From contig OX597818.1 in assembly GCA_951406725.2 (NCBI GenBank), positions 87,730,001 to 87,794,000 of the forward strand: a stretch of DNA of 64,000 nt, read 5' to 3'. This document shows positions 28,747 to 42,304 of this stretch, piece after piece. This stretch comes from Octopus vulgaris (taxonomy: Eukaryota). A program made the translations under genes and the position numbers. Each line of letters starts with the position of its first letter. Within the stretch, counting starts at the first letter, position 1. The notes beneath the pieces were generated by a model. That model was not told where the DNA came from. It did no database searches and saw only the letters and a list, made by a program, of their open reading frames with translations.

Positions 28747-28802
<56 letters not shown>

Positions 28803-28884
28803 GTCTGTCTGTCTGTCTGTCTGTCTATTTATCTATCTATCTATCAATCTATCTATCTGTCGAACTATCTATCTATCTGTCGAA

Positions 28885-28963
<79 letters not shown>
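28737..28963. repeat. (TATC)n/(TGTC)n microsatellite, right flank of Tx1
   Basis: Directly visible. Confidence 0.95.
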
Positions 28964-30329
28964 CATACGTACATATGTACACACACACGCGCGTACACAC
29001 TTTTATACATGAATATGAGTACCTCCATCTTATATTCATTGTTTTTCATATCCTGTCTTCTTCCTTTGCCGCATGCAACTAGTCACGGCCAAATTGAAGT
29101 TTGATGGACAATATCCAGCAGACTTTTCCCTGGAGATTTCGTGGAGGACGCCACTTGTGGAGGAAGAGGATATTGGTGAAATACAAACATATGTATACCG
29201 GAAGGGAGACTGATGTCTGAACCGGAAATACAGAGGATGTTTTCAAAATGTGGTTTTTGACTTACAGTTGATATACTGGTGTTAATTAATATTTAATGAA
29301 GCATTAACCATGTTCCTGTTGTTTTTGTTGCTATGAAACCTGGGTATCTTGGGCACGGCAGACCTATAATCAAAAGCATTCCAACCATGACCATCCTGTC
29401 TCCAACTCGATTATTTTATACTTTATATATAGAGTTCGTTCAACGACGAGCTTTCAATTCTTTGATCTGCTGAATTACCTGCCCCTGAATTAACGTGTAA
29501 ATGGCCGAGTATTCCACAAACATCTGTACTCTTACCGTAATGCTCAAACAGAATCAACGTGACGCAGTGTATGACAAAGTTGTACCTTTTAAATTACAAG
29601 TACAGTTCACTTGTCGGGATTCTGTGCAGTTTCCGTCGACCAAGTTTCCCCTCACAAAATATGGATAGACCGAAGGTTATAAAAAACGACATTTGCCCAA
29701 GATGTCACGCAACGGGATCGATCCCAAGTCCCCGTGGTTGCAAAGCGAACTTTTCAGTTATTAGGATATACTGCGTCTTCATATTTAATATATTTCATTA
29801 TTTAGTGCTTTCCATAATTTTCAAGACGCTTGGGTATAATTTGAGTAATGTTTAGCTACTACTTTTAGCAGGCGGAACGTCTACAAGCATACGCCCTCAT
29901 TTGCTCATGAATATGTAGTGCTAGTATTGGTGGTAGTGGTGGTGGTAGTGCTGGTATCGGTGGTGGTGGTGGTGATGGTAGTGATGGTAATGATGGTGAC
30001 GAATACTGAGTGTACAACCGGGCGGGAGACAGACACAGAGGGTCTCTAATTCTTCATCAGTTATCAACCATAAGGATAATACTTCGTTTCGCACATGTTC
30101 TCGCGTCTGTGTTTGTTCTCCACCATTGCATTAGTCTGTCTATGTCTCCATGACTTAGCTTTCCGGGAAGTGAAACCGATAGAATAAGTACCAGACTTAA
30201 AAACCTAAGTGTTGAAGGAAATTTCTTCAAAACTAAAATCCCTTCATGGAGGCGCCCCAGCATGGGCGAAGTACAATGAGTGAAGCAAAAGATAAAAATA
30301 TATGACACACACACACACACACACACACG

Positions 30330-30382
<53 letters not shown>

Positions 30383-30852
30383 ACACACACGTATGTGTTT
30401 GCAAGCGCGCGTGTATGTGCGTGCGTGCGTGCTAGTGGTGTATGTATAATGTGTGCGCAATATTTGTATTTTGTGTGTGTGTGTGTGAAGTGTGCGTGCG
30501 TGTTGAAGTATGTGTGAATGTGATTGTGCATGTATACATTAGAGGTGTTGAATATAGCGGGGATAATTGTGGGGATTGTCGAGAGCATCTCGTTTATTTG
30601 CAAATTAAGGATTATTCTGCGCAAAAGTTCCTCAAATTCAAAACACAATAACGCGCAATTTAACGGAAATTGGCAGTTATTTCTAGCACATTAGACAACC
30701 TTATAGAGTTTACTTTGATGCTTCATGTAAGTATGCCTGTGTGCACGTGATAGCGTGTATGCGTAATATATACACATACATACATACATACATACATACA
30801 TACATACATACATACATACATACATACATACACATATATATATATATATCAG

Positions 30853-30970
30853 GAAGTATATTTGCCACAGCAATGTTGCTAACCCTTAAGGGTGAATATT
30901 CTTGAGGGTTAGCCACATTTAAGTGGCAAATATACATCTACTGTTTATACCTCGCTCAGATTTATTATTG
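30853..30970. mobile_element. Internally deleted relative of the 34332-34812 fold-back element
   Basis: GAAGTATATTTGCCAC...GTGGCAAATATAC followed by the same CTACTGTTTATA.CTCGCTCAGA tail. Confidence 0.75.
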
Positions 30971-31042
<72 letters not shown>

Positions 31043-31350
31043 TACTTGAAGAGAAACGACGCGTGCGTTCGGTCATATAATAACAATATAATAAATAAAT
31101 AAAATATATGCATATATACATACATATATGTTCATACTTACATCTACATGCATATATACAACCATATATGTTCTGCCCTTACCTTCGAAACACGCATTGA
31201 GTCGAACCAGGGACAGCTGATGAAGGGGAATTTTCCTTGTATTGTTTGTCCTGTATTCTGTTTTTTCGTTGTTAAAAAAAGGCCGTTTCCTTGTTTGATT
31301 TTATGTTTTCGTTTCTCGTTGTGTTTTACGCTTATTTGTGGTGTCCTGTA

Positions 31351-31457
<107 letters not shown>

Positions 31458-31530
31458 GCTTGTATATATACATGTCGATGTAAGTATGTACATATATGTA
31501 TGTATATATGCATATATTTTATTTATTTAT

Positions 31531-31636
<106 letters not shown>

Positions 31637-31728
31637 CAGATAGAATAGATGGATGGATAGATAATTAGTGTGTGTGTGCATGTATGTGTGTGCGTGGTAG
31701 ATAGATAAATAGATAGAGCGAGTGTGTT

Positions 31729-31791
<63 letters not shown>

Positions 31792-32319
31792 ATGTGTGTG
31801 TTTGTTTAATGATACGTGTTGCAAAGAAAAAAAAGGAAGAATAGCTTAAATGGCGAGAAAATAAACTGATTGTTTCGGCGAGATTAATAAACCATAAACT
31901 AATAAACAAATAAAGCGATAATCTATTGAAGATGTCGTTTTGCAATAATCTTGTTCACTGAACCGGAACTAATGATATGTTCAGACCGGAAATTTTTGAA
32001 TTTTCACAGCAACCAGTAACATCTATACTTCATTCATGGCTCTTTGATTGGGAGTTGAGAGTTTCTTAGAAATCTCGCCACGCTGCTGCATGTCTCATCA
32101 CGACAGCTTGGTAGCTCCACCGCCACCGCCACCACCAACATTATTACTACTACCACCACTACAGTATGCAACACTAAAATATTCCCACCACCACAACTAC
32201 TGCCGCCGCCGCCACCACCACCACCATTACCATCATCACTAGCTCCACAACCATCATTGCTACCTCCACCAAAACCACGACTACTACCACATCACAATCA
32301 CCACCGTCACCACCTATTT

Positions 32320-32750
32320 CTTTATTACCCACAAGGGGCTAAACACAGAGGGGACAAACAAGGACAGACAAAAGGCGGCAAGCTGGCAGAAACGTTAGCA
32401 CGCCGGGCGAAATGCTTTGTGGTATTTCGTCTGTCGTTACGTTCTGAGTTCAAATTCCGCCGAGGTCGACTTTGCCTTTCATCCTTCCGGGGTCGATAAA
32501 TAAAGTACCAGTTTCGCACTGGCTTAATCCGTTTGTCTGTCCTAGTTTGTCCCCTCTATGTTTAGCCCCTTGTGGGTAATAGAGAAATATATATCGACCC
32601 CAGTGCGTAACTGGTACTTATTTAATCGACCCCGAAAGGATGACAGGCAAAGTTGACCTCAGCGGAATTTGAACTCAGAATGTAGCGGCAGACGAAATAC
32701 CGCTAAGAATTTCGCCCGGCGTGCTAACGTTTCTGCCAGCTCGCCGCCTT
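32320..32750. mobile_element. Plus-strand SINE A (32372-32590) inserted into a minus-strand SINE A
   Basis: Minus tail 32320-32370, minus head/core 32593-32750, plus copy between; both have the Tx1-like tail. Confidence 0.85.
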
Positions 32751-33342
32751 AACCACATTAACAATACCATCACACTCACTATCACCACCACTGCTACTAC
32801 TACAACCGCGTTGACGGCAACCATCACCACCACAATCACAACCACTACTACCACCATCACCACCACCACCACCATCACAACAACAACAAGAAACGATCGC
32901 CAATTGCATCGCCACCATAAGAAAACCACAGACACAAGTACCACCACTACGGCTACCAGCCGCCATTGCCGTCACCACCAGCATCATCTTCTCCCCCATC
33001 ACCACCACCAGTATTTCACCACCACTGTTAACACCGCCATCACTATTACCATCAATATCAGCACCACCACCACCACCTCCACCACTTCCACCACCACCAT
33101 CAACAACAACAACAACAAAACCACCATCATCACCATCATCTTACTAACAGCAACAAACACAAGTACCACCGCCCACAAACCCCATCTCCATCACCATCAC
33201 CTGTGTTTTAAATTGAAGTCCTACTGAACTGTTCAATGTCACCATAATTTAATACAGATGGATAGGACGGGTCACGGCTGGTACGTCTTTGGTCAGTCAC
33301 TGCTCGATCGGTGCGGATCTAGGACGAAACAATAAATAACAA

Positions 33343-33550
33343 CGTGGTTTAGTGGTTAGGGTGTTGGACTCATGATCGCAAGATTGTGGTTTCGATTTCT
33401 GGACCGGGCGATTTGTTGTGTTCTTGAGTAAAACGTTTCATTTCATGCCGCTCTAGTCCACTCGGCTAGTAAAATATGAGTGATCCTGCGACAGAATGGC
33501 GTCTTGTCTATGGGTGAGTTTATACGCCGCAGAAAGAGGGAAACGGGAAA
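33343..33550 (+). mobile_element. tRNA-SINE family C
   Basis: GTGGTTTAGTGGTTAGG A box, GGTTTCGATTTC B box. Confidence 0.7.
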
Positions 33551-33574
33551 GTTAGATTGATTTAGTATACATAG

Positions 33575-34270
33575 CGTCCTCGTTTATGGATCCGAATGTT
33601 GGAAAACAACCTAAAGTATTGAAAAGAAATTGGAGGTATTTCGAAATAAATGTTTACGAAAAATTTTGAAGGCATACTAGCCGAATATGATCTCGAATAG
33701 CCAACTACATACACCAAAGCTAACGTGAAACCAATAAGAGAAACTATCGAAGCAACTATTGAAGAAACTATTAAGGCGGCGAGCTGGCAGAAACATTATC
33801 ACGCCGGGCGAAATGCGTAGCCGTATTTCGTCTGCCGCTACATTCTGAGTTCAAATTCCGCCGAGGTCGGCTTTGTCTTTCATCCTTTCGGGGTAGATAA
33901 ATTAAGTACCAGTTACTCACTGGGGTTGATGTAATCGACCTTATCCGTTTGTCTTTCCTTGTTTGTCCCCTCTGTGCGTAGCCCCTTGTGGGCAGTAAAG
34001 AAATAAGAAACTATTGAAGCAAAGTGATGGAAATGAATGGGTGGAGTTTGTCGCCATAAATCGAATTCAATTGTCAGGATAATTTTGCAATGGATTCCAC
34101 AAGGTAAAAGAAGACGTGGCCGATCAAAGGAAACGTGGTGGAGAACAATAACAAAAGATCTTAAAAATAGACGGTTAACAATGGAACAAGCTGTCAAGGA
34201 CGCTGTCAGTGTTGGAAGATGGAATAATCTTGCTATCGCCTCGAGTGCCACAAGGCACAATGAGAACCGA
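33575..34270 (+). pseudogene. RTE-clade LINE C-terminal relic interrupted by a SINE
   Basis: VYGSECWK, EVFRNKCLRKIL, WIPQGKRRRGRSKETWWRT. Confidence 0.85.
33773..34004 (+). mobile_element. SINE A with Tx1-like tail and 11-bp target-site duplication
   Basis: AAGAAACTATT at 33762-33772 and 34005-34015. Confidence 0.92.
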
Positions 34271-34331
34271 ATGAATGAATATTTTATAGGAATATTTTAT
34301 AGGAAATTTCTAAGAAAATATTTGTAGATTA

Positions 34332-34812
34332 TGAAGTATATTTGTCACCTAAATGTGGCTATCTCTTAAGGGTCGATGCTGCTGTAGCTTGTAGCCCCAG
34401 GAAGATATCTCCTCCAGCTGGTAACTGACACACTGTGCCCTATCAGTATTCGCAAAGGGAAATCATTGTTCCCATCTCCAGCCTGACGTGATACACACGG
34501 ACTCGAATTTCTGGGTATTGACCCATCATCAGCGTGTGACAACCACCGGTTGACGATGGTGGGTGGTTCTCAATGCAAATATATTTACTTTTTCCAGTGA
34601 CGAAAAATTACTGATCTCGAAAAAGTGGAAACAAGCGATAATAAATTTCTGAGGGCATAGATAGTATGTCACTAGCCAGCTGGAGGATATTTCTTCCTGA
34701 GGATAGAAGCTACAGTACTATCGACCCTTAGGGGTTAGCCACATTTAAGTGGCAAATATACTTCACGATGTTGTGCAGCTACTGTTTATAACTCGCTCAG
34801 AGATTTATTATT
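34332..34812. mobile_element. Fold-back element: ~110-bp imperfect inverted arms (34332-34441, 34652-34765), ~210-bp spacer, one-sided tail
   Basis: TGAAGTATATTTGTCAC...GTGCCCT pairs with AGGGCA...GTGGCAAATATACTTCA. Confidence 0.85.
34494..34538 (-). ncRNA. Minimal type I hammerhead ribozyme
   Basis: Minus: CACACG CTGATGA TGGGT-CAAT-ACCCA GAAA T-TCGA-G TC CGTGTG; intact core, 6-bp helix I, 5-bp helix II, GUC site. Confidence 0.88.
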
Positions 34813-34890
34813 ATTTGTAGATTAATTTGTAATATAGTTATTTACATAGCCAAATACTAGTTGAATGCTATATGTATATAGGGATTTTCT

Positions 34891-35628
34891 TATAGGGATT
34901 TTCTTAACGATCTAGTTTGCTATGCAGTGTTTCTTATCTTTAAATTTTCAGGTGCCGGAGTTTAGATTTGAGAGAGATGTGACTTCAGGTAACTGGAGTG
35001 AAAATGAAAAGACCCCATCATTGAATCAAAAAGAATCGAATAGGTGGCGCATGTGGAGCGACTCGATTAACCCTACTGTATTACTGGTAGCGATTTTTTT
35101 TTATCTATCACTGAAAATGACAGAAAAAGAGTGGCAACGTGATATTTGAACATGACACAATAGTGTAAGGAGAAAAAATCCAAGCGCTCTATCTAGGACA
35201 TAGAGTATCCTCCTGGGGTTAAAATAGCAGTATTGTTTGTTCTTAAGGAACGCCCACGTTTAAGTGGCAATAAGCATTACTTCTTAGTATATATACTGTT
35301 TGTATCTCTCATAGGGATTTTCTTAACGATCTAGTTTGCTATACAGTGTTTCTTATCTTTAAATTTTCAGGTGTCGGAGTATAGATTTGATAGAGATGTG
35401 ACTATTATTTCTAGCAACTCGAGTGGAGATGAAGAGGCCTCATCTTTGAAGCGAGAGGAATCGAATGTGCATGTGGAGGGGACCGATTTACTCCATTGTG
35501 TTACTTGTAGTGATTTTTAAAAATTTATCACAGAAAATGACTGAAAAAAACTGGCAAAATGAGATTTGAACATGGCACAGTGGTGTAAGAAGAAAAAATG
35601 AAGCACTCTATCCAGGACATAGAGTATT
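34891..35628. repeat. Diverged ~320-bp direct duplication (about 34891-35208 and 35311-35628)
   Basis: ATAGGGATTTTCTTAACGATCTAGTTTGCTAT ... GGACATAGAGTAT in both. Confidence 0.85.
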
Positions 35629-36195
35629 TAATCGATATTCGAGCTTCTCAATATTCCACCCATCACCTGTAATCTTCACGCAAAACCTTAAAATAGATGC
35701 TTTTTATACACATCCACGCACATACACACGCTGACAAATTGTGCAGAGGCCCCTAAATGAAGTATAGCCCTTTGTTTACGAGCAACAAATGAGATATATA
35801 ACATCGTTTGACCCCATCAAATATATAATTCAATATTTCGTCGTTTTTTCTACTTTCTTTATATTTTTGCAAGATTGTATTTGTTGCGTTTGACAAGAAT
35901 TTTCTTTTAAAATTCAATATTTCTTTCTGTTCAATGATAACAAACACACACACACAAACCCACACATATCTATATTGTGTATATATGAAATATATTATAT
36001 GCAATATATATAAATATATACATATGTGTATATATATGCTATATATCATATACATAATATGTATTATATATATAATGTATACACATATACGTGTACATAT
36101 ATACCGTATATCATATATACTATAGAAATATGTACCATATATCATATATATTATATATATACCATATATCATATATTTTATAGTAACACACACAC

Positions 36196-36232
<37 letters not shown>

Positions 36233-36446
36233 CTAACACACTTATAAATATGGGTGTATGTATATGTATATGAACATATACGGTGTATATAGATACTCAT
36301 TGAGTTCGTTTCTTTTGCCACATCATTACAAATGCATACATACATACATACACACATATATATATATATATATACACATACACATATATAAGTACATATA
36401 CATATATGTGTGTATATACAAATGTATATATATATATTTATGTGTC

Positions 36447-36481
<35 letters not shown>

Positions 36482-36703
36482 TCTGCCAAAATCCATTCAG
36501 TGTCAAGTCACTCTGGGAAAGATCAATATATATATATATATATATATATATACAGCTTAGTTGCTTCCCCGATCTCAACGGGAGACAACCCTAACTCAGT
36601 CCAGCGTGATTCAACTGAAAACATACATCAACCATTCACAATTCACTGCTTAAATAGCCATTGTTCTCCAGTTCCTCTTTCCCGTGTGTTTTCCCCTCAC
36701 GTA

Positions 36704-36745
<42 letters not shown>

Positions 36746-36825
36746 CATTATTATTATTATTATTATCATTATTATTATTATTATTACTATTATTATTATT
36801 ATTATTATTATTATTATCATCATCA

Positions 36826-36872
<47 letters not shown>

Positions 36873-36996
36873 TATTACTATTATTATTATCATCATTATT
36901 ATTATTATTACTGCTACTACTACTTTCTTTTTTCCCATATTTTTTGTTTTGTTTGGGAGACAGCAAACTAATAATAATAATAATAATAATAATAAC

Positions 36997-37037
<41 letters not shown>

Positions 37038-37324
37038 GGACAATGAAAGACGGCGTTTGAAAAACAATATATGTTAAAATGGCTGAAATCTATGCAGATC
37101 ATCCTGCAATCTTTTAGCTCACTCCTAATTCCATCTTTTTCTTTCAAATTCTGAGACGGATTCCAACTCTGTAAAAAGAGTGCCAAACACGAGACAATTC
37201 TTTGGGAAACCGTTTTCTGTGCTGTCCATTCTTCGGAGTGATTCGCTTGTGAATAGCTTTCATTTTAAGAATTGATATATTTTTTGTTTTTTGTTTATTT
37301 GTTTGATTTTTTCTTTTATTATTA

Positions 37325-37401
<77 letters not shown>

Positions 37402-37577
37402 TTGTTTTTTAATTCTTCGTGCAGAAATAATGGCTTCTGGGAATGACAAGAGAATAGAAAAAAAAAGAACCCTACCCACCATCACAACCTTCATATCATC
37501 AACACTACAACCGCCGCCATCACAACTAAGGTAAAAGGGAAAATAACAACAACAAACAACTACAATAATAATAATAA

Positions 37578-37614
<37 letters not shown>

Positions 37615-38098
37615 TAATAATAATAATAATAATAATAGATAAATAATAGATAAATGAATCAATGAATGGAATAAAAGGCAAAACAAAATGAAAAGTAAAG
37701 ATGTAAGTCTGGTTTGGTAGAGGGGGGGGGAGGTTAAGAGTTTGCGGTTGTGATGGTGGAGTTGATGTGGAATGTAGAAGCAATACTGCGGTTTGGAACT
37801 TGGTCTTTTATGCTCGGAAATACGAAGAAAAGAAAAAAGAAAGAAGAAATCGAAATATCGCCAAAATTTTCGATATGTTCGTTTGTGTCTGTCTACTTGT
37901 TAACGCTTCCCAGTTTGAAGAATATCGGGACAGTTCAAGGAATTTTTACTCTACAACAAAAGCAATTCATTTCACTGTCTGTCTGTCTGTATGTATGTCA
38001 GTCTGTTTGTCTACACATACATATGTATGTTTATAAATATATATATATATGTAAATATATATATATATATACGTATTAATATACATATATATGCCTTC

Positions 38099-38173
<75 letters not shown>

Positions 38174-38245
38174 GTTAGCTAGCTAGCCACCAAGCTCTCT
38201 CCTCCGTCTCTCCTTTTTCTCTTCACTTTCTCTCTCTGTCCTCCG

Positions 38246-38304
<59 letters not shown>

Positions 38305-38738
38305 GCATGTATATATATATATATATAAATGATATATATACACATATATATACACATACACACACACATAAAATATATATATATATGTACATATATATAT
38401 AGCGATATATATATATATATATATATTCGTATATATGTATGTGTTTGTGTGTGTGTGCATGTGTGTGAGTGTGTGCGTGTTTTCATTTGCAATTTAACTC
38501 TCAGATAAGATGTTTTGATGTGCTATAGTTCTCTGATAGTAGCTATTGTAAATATTATCTGTAAACTGTAGATTAATGGGTAACTCATTGATAAAAGATT
38601 ATTTATATTATAGTAGTAGTCGTAGTGGTGGTAGTGATGGTGGTGGTGGTGGTGATAGTGATGATAGTTGTGGTGATGATGTTGATGGTGGCGGTTGTGG
38701 TAGTGGTGGCTGTCGTCGTCTTCATAGTAGTAGTAGCT

Positions 38739-38797
<59 letters not shown>

Positions 38798-38946
38798 CAT
38801 TCCAATGTCTGTCGAAGTCCTGTGGCCTACGGAATGGTAAAAATTACAAACAGCAGGATTTAATCGTAAAATTTTTATTTTAATCAATAATCATAATTAT
38901 TTAACCCCTATCTTCAAATTTTTTGGCCTTTCGCCTATGTAAAATA

Positions 38947-39014
<68 letters not shown>

Positions 39015-39045
39015 ATAATAATAATAATAATAATAATAGTAATAA

Positions 39046-39922
39046 TGAAGTCAAGAAGCTCCAAACGATGCCTGGAGCCCACTACCTACGTACAGACACT
39101 GATCGCCAATACACGAAGAGAGCAAATAGAGGAAAGGGACTGATAACTGTGGAAGACTGCGTGCACATCGAACTCGAGAGCTTAATGAGATACCTAGCCC
39201 AAATAAGGAAACTTTACTAGTGACAGTTAAGAACGAGGGAGTTTTGAGAGAAGAGACTACACAATCAATTCCATGTAGCCACAACAGAAGTTGTTGGAAA
39301 AAGTAGGTGGGATTGGCTGATGAAAGGAAATCTAAAAAAAGAGACCGAGAGCACTATACTGGCAGCGCAGGACCAAGCTCTGGCCACAAACTGGAGGGTC
39401 ATCCTGAGGAATGAGTGTCTCCGCTGTGCCGCATCTGCAATAAAGTGGATGAAGCAGAGTCGGAGACTAGCAAATCCTCTGGCATCTCTCAATCCGAACT
39501 GATCAGGTGCTAGAGTATAACAGACCGGTTCTAGTGATGGTAGACAAGGTACACCACATATGCTATGTAGTTAACGTTGTATGCCCCTTTGGCTCTCGAA
39601 TATTCAAGAACGAAGGCGAAAGATAGATACCACTCTCTTAAGTGCGAAATAGCTCGGCTATGGAAAATGAAGATGAAGATAGAGCCAATTATTGTTGAGT
39701 CTTTGGGAACAGTATCAGAAGGCACCAAGAGTAATATAAAGGAAACAGGAATAAAGTGCCTAGTAGAACTGTTACAAAAGGTTTGCCTCCTTGGTAGAAA
39801 GAATTAGATGGATGAAAAGAACGAATAGCATGGTACCGTAGGTTGCAGGTAGTAAGCCCGCTATTCATGCAAGTCTTCAGGAGCTCCAACAAAACCTGTG
39901 ATAAAGAGAAAATAAATAAATA

Positions 39923-39973
<51 letters not shown>
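39046..39973 (+). pseudogene. Dong/R4-clade LINE relic flanked by (TAA)n
   Basis: RGKGLITVEDC, WDWLMKGNLKKETESTILAAQDQALATN, LKCEIARLWKMKMKIEPIIVESLG; (TAA)n on both sides. Confidence 0.85.
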
Positions 39974-39975
<2 letters not shown>

Positions 39976-40400
39976 GATATGAAAAAACTTGATAGAAAAA
40001 CTAGTAAGTTGTTGACGATGTATGGAGTCCCTCTATCTGAAAGCTGATATCAACCGGCTGTACTTGAGAAGAGAAGGTGGAAGAAGCTTAATAACAGTAG
40101 AAGTATGTGTACAGATGGAAAGAAAAAGTCTAGTAGAATATTTATAGAGCAGCGCAGGAAAACTACTAAAGTCTGTTAATAAAGCACAGGGGATGAAACG
40201 CGTAATTGGAGGAAAGGATATGAATGAAATACAAAGAGAGCATGTCAGACAGATCGAGAAGAAACCTCTACATGGCCAATTTTAGCGAGCCACCGAAGAC
40301 GTTTGTGGAATAAAATCATGGGCTTGATTAAAAAAGCGGCAATTAAAAAAATACAGTAACAGAGAACCTAATTCTTGCAGCCTAAGATCCAGCGATAAAA
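39974..40400 (+). pseudogene. Second Dong/R4-type relic
   Basis: LDRKTSKLLTMYG, KADINRLYLRREGGRSLITVE, KKPLHGQF. Confidence 0.75.
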
Positions 40401-41445
40401 ACAAACAACTCGATCTGACAGACCCAATGCTGTTTGTATATGTCCACATTATCACATTCGGAAAACTCAGTCGGTATCTGTCAGCCAGCTGGAAGCAACT
40501 GAGCTGGTCCGTGAGGTTTTTGCACCCTACTCTCATATCGACTAACGCCACCTTATCCAAGCGTACATCCAAGATGGCGTTCCAATTGCTCACAAGCACT
40601 AAAGAGCGCGACGTCCAAGGGAAAACCTCCAAACGTTTGAAGAAGTCCGGCTACCCTGCCCAAGTCGGGTTGTACACAGTGACTAGTCTAAAAGCACCAC
40701 TTTCACATGGAGACAACATGATCGACGCTTCCATTGTGTTGTTTACATACACGACATGTTGGGCTACTGTCGTTCTCTAATATGTTGGCCTGGCAGCTCT
40801 TTGTAGGTAGGCATTGATCTTGGGCTACTACGATAAATCCTTCTGTCTCTGATTTCAAGCCAAAAGACACTAATCATCCAGAAACACCCGCTTACCATCC
40901 GGGTCCTGGAAGATCGCCCGTACCTCGAAATCCAAACCTTTCCTAATCAGCTCTAGTACCCCACCTCCCATTCCAGGCCGACTAAGAGATGCAGAGACCT
41001 CAAAGTCGTTGTTGTACATTTTCTACTCGGTGTTATCTTTGTTGCTCACTGTGTCTATGATTTTCGTACCAGTGCTGGTTATGGTGGCGTCGGTGGTGGT
41101 AGGTTTGCTACTGCCACTGGCGGTGGGGGTAAGGGTGACAGTATTCTCGCTAGTGCTCTTGTTGCATTTTGTTATTATTGTTCTCTTTCGTTGTTCCTGT
41201 GATGGTAATGGTGGTGTTGAAATATTTAGCATCGGGAAGGTAACCTCATACAATTCCCGTGTTGTGTTGTTGTTGCTGTTGTTACTGCTGCTGCTGCTCT
41301 CACTAACTTTTACAATTTGGTTGTTCTGTGAATAACTGGCTGTGCTTTTCAGAAGACGAAAACAATCCTCGCCGCCATCTTTCTTTTCTAAACAAAAATT
41401 CAGGAGCGTGTTTGCTAAAGAAGCCCAATTTAGCCCAAAAGGACT
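40400..41445 (-). pseudogene. Degraded, internally deleted Tx1 (endonuclease remnant, possible ORF1 start) with embedded R4 fragment
   Basis: DPDGKRVFLD, GAFRLVTVY, PDFFKRLEVF, NWNAILD, LADRYRL match ORF2 at 25155; 5' boundary uncertain. Confidence 0.75.
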
Positions 41446-42304
41446 ACAGATGGAGAAAAACTAACCAGCTCTGTAAGATCCTGGTTAGTTTATTTATAAA
41501 ACGATAACAAATGTTCAATAAATAGCGTTGTGCAACAATAGAAATAATAACAAACTTATTGGAGGTATGTGCAATAAGTGTCGATAAGCGAACAACCACA
41601 ACAAAAACAACAACAACAACAACAATAATAATAATAATACAGTCACTGATTATTTGCCATACAGCAGTTTTCAATGGGTGAAAAAAAAAGTGTTACAAGG
41701 TGACAATTACGATGAACTGGATAGATCGATCATTGACAATTTCCGATAGGTCATCTATGTTAAACAAAACTGCAAGTAAGAAATATGTTAATGTCAAAGT
41801 GTAACGTAGAAGTAAATGAATATGGATATCTGAAATTAGAGATAGAAAGAGGGCAAGAAAGAGTCAGAGACGTAGAAAGAGAGAGGAAGTGGGATAGAAA
41901 AGAAAAAAGAAAGAAAGAAACAACCAAACAAACAAAAAAGAAGGAAGAAAGGAAAAGGCCCCATTAGTGGAGTCCACGATGTTGCAAATTTTCAGCGTCG
42001 GTTTCAGGCCTGCGGGTAACACATCTCGTGATTCACAATCTGTGAGTCATAGCCGCTTCCCTTCCCCTTCACTCAATCTCAGAGGGCTTGTAAAGGTCAT
42101 GTGTACTGCCTTTCCTTTTCCGATTCTACTATGAGAAAAAAAAATCAATTGGGTTGTTGGTGCTTTGTAAGGAAAACCACAGAATTCCCTGGTCTTTATG
42201 TTTAATAGAATAGGTTAATCTGATGGCTGAGTCTATCTCTCTGTTAATTCGAATAATGAAATTAATTTTGATAAAGTTTCTAACTTATTATTAGACATTA
42301 CTTT

